Part shown: one piece after another, positions 60,005 through 64,000 of the stretch
Numbering within the stretch: the stretch's first letter is position 1
Layout: every line of letters begins with the position of its first letter
Assembly: GCA_042408215.1 (NCBI GenBank)
Contig: JAYFMW010000005.1
Span: 644,363 to 708,362 of the forward strand
Length of the DNA stretch: 64,000 nt
Source of the DNA: Microcoleus sp.
GTDB taxonomy: Bacteria; Cyanobacteriota; Cyanobacteriia; Cyanobacteriales; Microcoleaceae
Reading direction: 5' to 3'
Position numbers and translations under genes: made by a program
The notes under the pieces: model-generated
What the model was told of the DNA's origin: nothing
The model's input: the letters and a program-made list of their open reading frames with translations, nothing else
Database searches by the model: none

Positions 60005-61351
60005 CTAGTTAAACTTGCGTCTTCCCGGCGATCGCGCGGGTGCAGCTACCCCCCTGCGAGACTCAGAATTCCCCGCCCCAGAAGGCTTTTCCTGGTGCTT
60101 ATCGTGCGATCGATGAGACGAATTACCACCCGGAGGAGTCCGCCGATTCTGGCGTCCGGGCTGACCTGACCGACCACCCATTTTAATCGGCTCAGCTTTG
60201 GCGTAGGGATCGGGTTCAAAACCCGCGACTACTTCTTGTGGCACAGAGCGCTTCATTAGCTTTTCGATGTCCGCTAGAAACTCGTCTTCATCCACACACA
60301 CGAGGGATAGAGCTTCTCCGGGCGTACCAGCACGACCGGTGCGTCCAATGCGGTGAACGTAATCCTCGGGTATGTTGGGGAGTTCGAAATTAACCACGAT
60401 CGGTAGCTCGTTGATATCGATACCACGAGCGGCAATATCTGTTGCTACCAGCACTTGTAAGCTACCGTCTTTGAATTTTGCTAAGGTGCGGGTACGCACG
60501 GATTGGCTTTTGTTACCGTGGATGGCGAGGGCGGAAATGCCTACTTGAATCAGATGTTTGGATAGTCGATCGGCGCCGTGCTTAGTGCGGGTAAAAACTA
60601 ACACCTGATACCATTTGTGCAGATTGATTAAGTGGGTGAGGAGGTCGGTTTTGCGATCGCGCGACACTTTGTAAACCTTCTGCGCGATCAATTCAACGCT
60701 GAGGTGTTGGCGCGCCACCTCGATCGACACTGGGTGGTTGAGCATTTTTTCCGCAAGTGCTTTGATCTCACTCGAAAAGGTAGCGGAAAACAGCAGGCTT
60801 TGTCGTTTAGAAGGTAGCAGGGCGAGGATGCGACGGACATCGGGGATGAATCCCATATCCAGCATTCGATCGGCTTCATCGAGTACCAGAATTTCCACCT
60901 GCGAGAGATCGATCGTCCGCTGCTGTACGTGATCGAGCAATCGGCCTGGAGTAGCGACTAGAATATCTACACCGTCTTTCAGGCGCTGAATTTGCGGATT
61001 GATGCTAACCCCGCCAAATATCGTCATCGATTTCAAGTTGAGGTATTTCCCGTACTCGCGCACGCTTTCCTCCACCTGTGCCGCGAGTTCGCGGGTGGGC
61101 ACGAGAATGAGCGATCGCACCGGCCGACGACGCATCGGCGCATCCGGGCTATTTGTCGTAGAAAGCAGTTGCAGAATCGGTAAAGTAAAACCAGCGGTTT
61201 TACCAGTACCCGTCTGCGCGCCCGCTAACAAGTCTTTCCCTGACAGGATTACAGGAATTGCCTGCATCTGAATGGGTGTAGGGTCAGTGTAACCCCGTGC
61301 GGTAACAGCACGGAGAATTTTATTGGACAGACCGAGGTTTGAAAAAGACAT
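60005..61351 (-). CDS. rhlE: DEAD-box RNA helicase, RhlE/CrhC type
   Basis: [47 protein letters not shown] at 61351. Confidence 0.9.
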   Translation of the reverse strand: MSFSNLGLSNKILRAVTARGYTDPTPIQMQAIPVILSGKDLLAGAQTGTGKTAGFTLPILQLLSTTNSPDAPMRRRPVRSLILVPTRELAAQVEESVREYGKYLNLKSMTIFGGVSINPQIQRLKDGVDILVATPGRLLDHVQQRTIDLSQVEILVLDEADRMLDMGFIPDVRRILALLPSKRQSLLFSATFSSEIKALAEKMLNHPVSIEVARQHLSVELIAQKVYKVSRDRKTDLLTHLINLHKWYQVLVFTRTKHGADRLSKHLIQVGISALAIHGNKSQSVRTRTLAKFKDGSLQVLVATDIAARGIDINELPIVVNFELPNIPEDYVHRIGRTGRAGTPGEALSLVCVDEDEFLADIEKLMKRSVPQEVVAGFEPDPYAKAEPIKMGGRSGQPGRQNRRTPPGGNSSHRSHDKHQEKPSGAGNSESRRGVAAPARSPGRRKFN

Positions 61352-61689
61352 GAAACTCCAGAAATAAAATCGGTCTGTCGCCGTTGAGGGCACCAGTCTT
61401 GAGCAGACGGATATGGATTGGAAAGGCTAATGTAGGGTGTGGTACCAAAACTGGCAGATACCGACATATATCATTCTAGCAAAATATGGTCTGTCGCTAC
61501 GCTTCTCAAAAGGTTTGTAGAGAATCACTGTTTTGAGATACCCGACTTCATTAAAGTGCAGCGGGTATCTGAGTATTCTGTTTTTTTAGGTGGGCTGACT
61601 TATCTGTGGTGTCGGAAACAAAACCCTAGGGCGTGTTTTCAAACTACTGATTATGAACCATATCTCTCGAAGATCCCCCTAAATCCCCC

Positions 61690-62421
61690 TTAAAAATGGG
61701 GACTTTGAGACTCTTTCTCCCCCCTTGTTAAGGGGGGTCGGGGGGGATCTTCGAGTTGGAAAACAACCCCTAGATTACCAGATTCCCACCTTGGGTATTT
61801 CTGCATCACACGGGTGTAAATTTCCGAGTCTACAAACGCTGCTAACCAAGCTTGCAAATGCGGCCAGGACTGTTGGTTGAACCAAATTTGATCGACCTGA
61901 GCGAATTGACGAACAAAAGGTGCGATCGCCCGATCGGCCAAAGCCACAGAATTACCAAATAAATATGTTGTCTTGCTTAACATTGCGTTGAGTCTAGCCA
62001 GATCTAAAGCACCCGACGCCCGATGGACAATTGCATCAGTGCCTTCGTAACGGTTAGGGTATTTATAGCGATCGAGATCGGCTTTAAATCCACCATCAAA
62101 TTCAGCGATTAGTTCTAACATTTCTGCAACCGAACCTTGCTCTGGCATTAACCATTTTTCAGGATCATTTTTTGCCAAAGCCCACAACATGATATCGATA
62201 CTTTCATCTAATACACGCCCGTCGATATCAATTAATACCGGCACCGTACCTTTCGGAGATACATCCAACATTTCCTGCGGTTTATCACGCAAAACAATCT
62301 CGCGTAACTCACACACTTGACCGCTCACAATCAACGCGCATCGCGCGCGCATCGCATAGGGACAGCGGCGAAAAGAATACAAAATTGGGTATACTGAAAT
62401 GCTATTAACTTGTTGTATCAT
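61690..62421 (-). CDS. Glutathione S-transferase family protein
   Basis: PILYSFRRCPYAMRAR, SPKGTVPVL, ESIDIM.WAL, LDRYKYP. Confidence 0.9.
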   Translation of the reverse strand: MIQQVNSISVYPILYSFRRCPYAMRARCALIVSGQVCELREIVLRDKPQEMLDVSPKGTVPVLIDIDGRVLDESIDIMLWALAKNDPEKWLMPEQGSVAEMLELIAEFDGGFKADLDRYKYPNRYEGTDAIVHRASGALDLARLNAMLSKTTYLFGNSVALADRAIAPFVRQFAQVDQIWFNQQSWPHLQAWLAAFVDSEIYTRVMQKYPRWESGNLGVVFQLEDPPRPPLTRGEKESQSPHF

Positions 62422-63352
62422 CTGGTTTTTCCTGGGAATCGTAACGAGCACCAATATGTACTTGGTTGCGACCTTTAGCAAGTTCAATTTGACGTTGCCG
62501 CTCAGATAAACCTTTTTTTTTCGCTGCGGTTTTTGAGTCATGACAATGAGGACAACTCACGCCCAGCACAAATAATTCCGAAGCCTTATCTTCCTGACTA
62601 ATCGGGTTGCGACAAGCTCGACAAAGTTCATATTCACCGGGCTTTAACCCATGCACAACTGAAACGCGCTCATCAAACACAAAACATTCGCCTTCCCAAC
62701 GACTTTCTGCTGACGGCACTATTTCCAAATATTTCAAAATTCCGCCTTCCAGATGATAGACTTGATCGAAACCTTGACTACGCAAAAATGCTGTAGATTT
62801 CTCACACCGAATGCCACCTGTGCAGAACATCGCTACCTTGGGTTTATGGCGTAAGGCAGTTTCTTGCCGCACCCATTCTGGTAATTCCGAAAAGCTTTTT
62901 GTTTTGGGATCGATCGCGCCTTTAAAAGTGCCGATCGATACTTCGTAGTCGTTACGCACATCAACCACAACCACATCAGGATCGTCCAACAGTTTGTTCC
63001 ATTCTTCTGGCTTGACATACTCGCCAGCCATCAGGTTTGGATTAATGTCCGGTACACCCATAGTCACGATTTCGCGCTTCAAGCGTACTTTTAGGCGATA
63101 AAAAGGTGCTTTTTCCGAGCAAGATTCTTTGTGTACCAAATCAGCCAAACGGGAGTCACGGCGCAGGAATGCCAGCACTGCTTGCACGCTTTGCGGCGAG
63201 CCTGCAATTGTGCCATTGATACCTTCTTGGGCCAGCAAAATAGTGCCTTTGACGTTGTTTTCGTTGCAGCAGGCGAGCAGCGGTGCTCTGAGTTCGGCAA
63301 AATCCGATAGTTCAACGAATTTATACAATGCAGCGGTTAAGAAATAAGTCAT
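62405..63352 (-). CDS. trhO: Rhodanese-related tRNA uridine(34) hydroxylase (UPF0176)
   Basis: GTILLAQEGINGT, RLKVRLKREIVTMG, DVRNDYE, FCTGGIRCEK, HLEGGILKY, CFVFDER. Confidence 0.93.
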   Translation of the reverse strand: MTYFLTAALYKFVELSDFAELRAPLLACCNENNVKGTILLAQEGINGTIAGSPQSVQAVLAFLRRDSRLADLVHKESCSEKAPFYRLKVRLKREIVTMGVPDINPNLMAGEYVKPEEWNKLLDDPDVVVVDVRNDYEVSIGTFKGAIDPKTKSFSELPEWVRQETALRHKPKVAMFCTGGIRCEKSTAFLRSQGFDQVYHLEGGILKYLEIVPSAESRWEGECFVFDERVSVVHGLKPGEYELCRACRNPISQEDKASELFVLGVSCPHCHDSKTAAKKKGLSERQRQIELAKGRNQVHIGARYDSQEKPDDTTS

Positions 63353-63549
63353 TTATTTGGTAAATGTTCGATGGGAAAAAAGTTACCACTCATCATAGCG
63401 AAATGCAAGTATATAGCATAGTTTGCAACAATTTGTTACCGAAATTTTCGAGATAATAATTAGGTTTGGTTGCCCGATAACTGAGTTATTGCTAATTTTA
63501 GATCTCCCTCGGTATCAATGCAGGTTTGTTTGGGAAGGCAAATTGATTG

Positions 63550-63777
63550 CTAAAGGGATTCAAAGCTGGCGGTGAAACCTTCTATGGTCAGGCATTCTTC
63601 CATAAAATCCTCTGCGTCATTGACGTTTTCGAGCTGATATTCCATGATCCGCTGCCCGTCGCCTTTCATCTTTTTGGAGGAGAGTGGCGTGCCCGGATAT
63701 TTGGCAGCGATGGCTTTGAAGTCTTTGGAATGGGTATCCCAGCTTTCGGCAGAACAGTTAATGATTACACGCCACAT
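63550..63777 (-). CDS. Small hypothetical protein
   Basis: 75-aa ORF with AGGA RBS and protein-like composition. Confidence 0.6.
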   Translation of the reverse strand: MWRVIINCSAESWDTHSKDFKAIAAKYPGTPLSSKKMKGDGQRIMEYQLENVNDAEDFMEECLTIEGFTASFESL

Positions 63778-64000
63778 GATTAAATTCCTGGTTGGGTTTG
63801 GTTTGCGAATAGTCTGGATCTTATTGTCTCACAATCGGGTAAATGGCAGGCGCGATCGGATAATATTATTATATTATGGTTTTTTAACGCTGACTTATTT
63901 ATGGCAGCAATTTATTGCTGTTCTGCGATCGAGCATAGAGAGAATATCGCCTACTTTGTCAGAGCGAAACATTAAATTTTTGTTGATGCAGATTCTCGAT

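Overview
This is a chromosomal window from a filamentous cyanobacterium. The evidence is abundant HIP1 (GCGATCGC) octamers, heptamer short tandem repeats (STRR), apcABC and cyanobacterial-type sufR/sufBCDS; the repeat families suggest Microcoleus/Oscillatoriales, which is inference. Housekeeping loci are rrf2-cysK, queD, TPP riboswitch-thiC, rplU-rpmA, a cytochrome c6-like gene, glpK, apcABC, ftsW, hslO, suf, nadC, an M16 peptidase, an RhlE/CrhC helicase and trhO. Accessory material sits between them: (i) a dynamin-like GTPase fused to a ribosomal-S1-like domain, followed by an HNH nuclease and a membrane protein; (ii) a translationally coupled ABC-type ATPase plus putative PD-(D/E)XK gene pair; (iii) a NACHT-pentapeptide protein; (iv) an IS200/IS605 tnpB-only element with readable ends; (v) an orphan, promoter-bearing TnpB-type omegaRNA/right-end element directly upstream of the M16 peptidase; (vi) a solitary 5S rRNA gene with its own promoter and terminator; (vii) a Tat-signal glycine-zipper protein. 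Single-base frameshifts in thiC, a Uma2 gene, a dppC-like permease and possibly the membrane protein at 12584 may be assembly errors. All calls come from reading the sequence and translations by eye; no database search was run.
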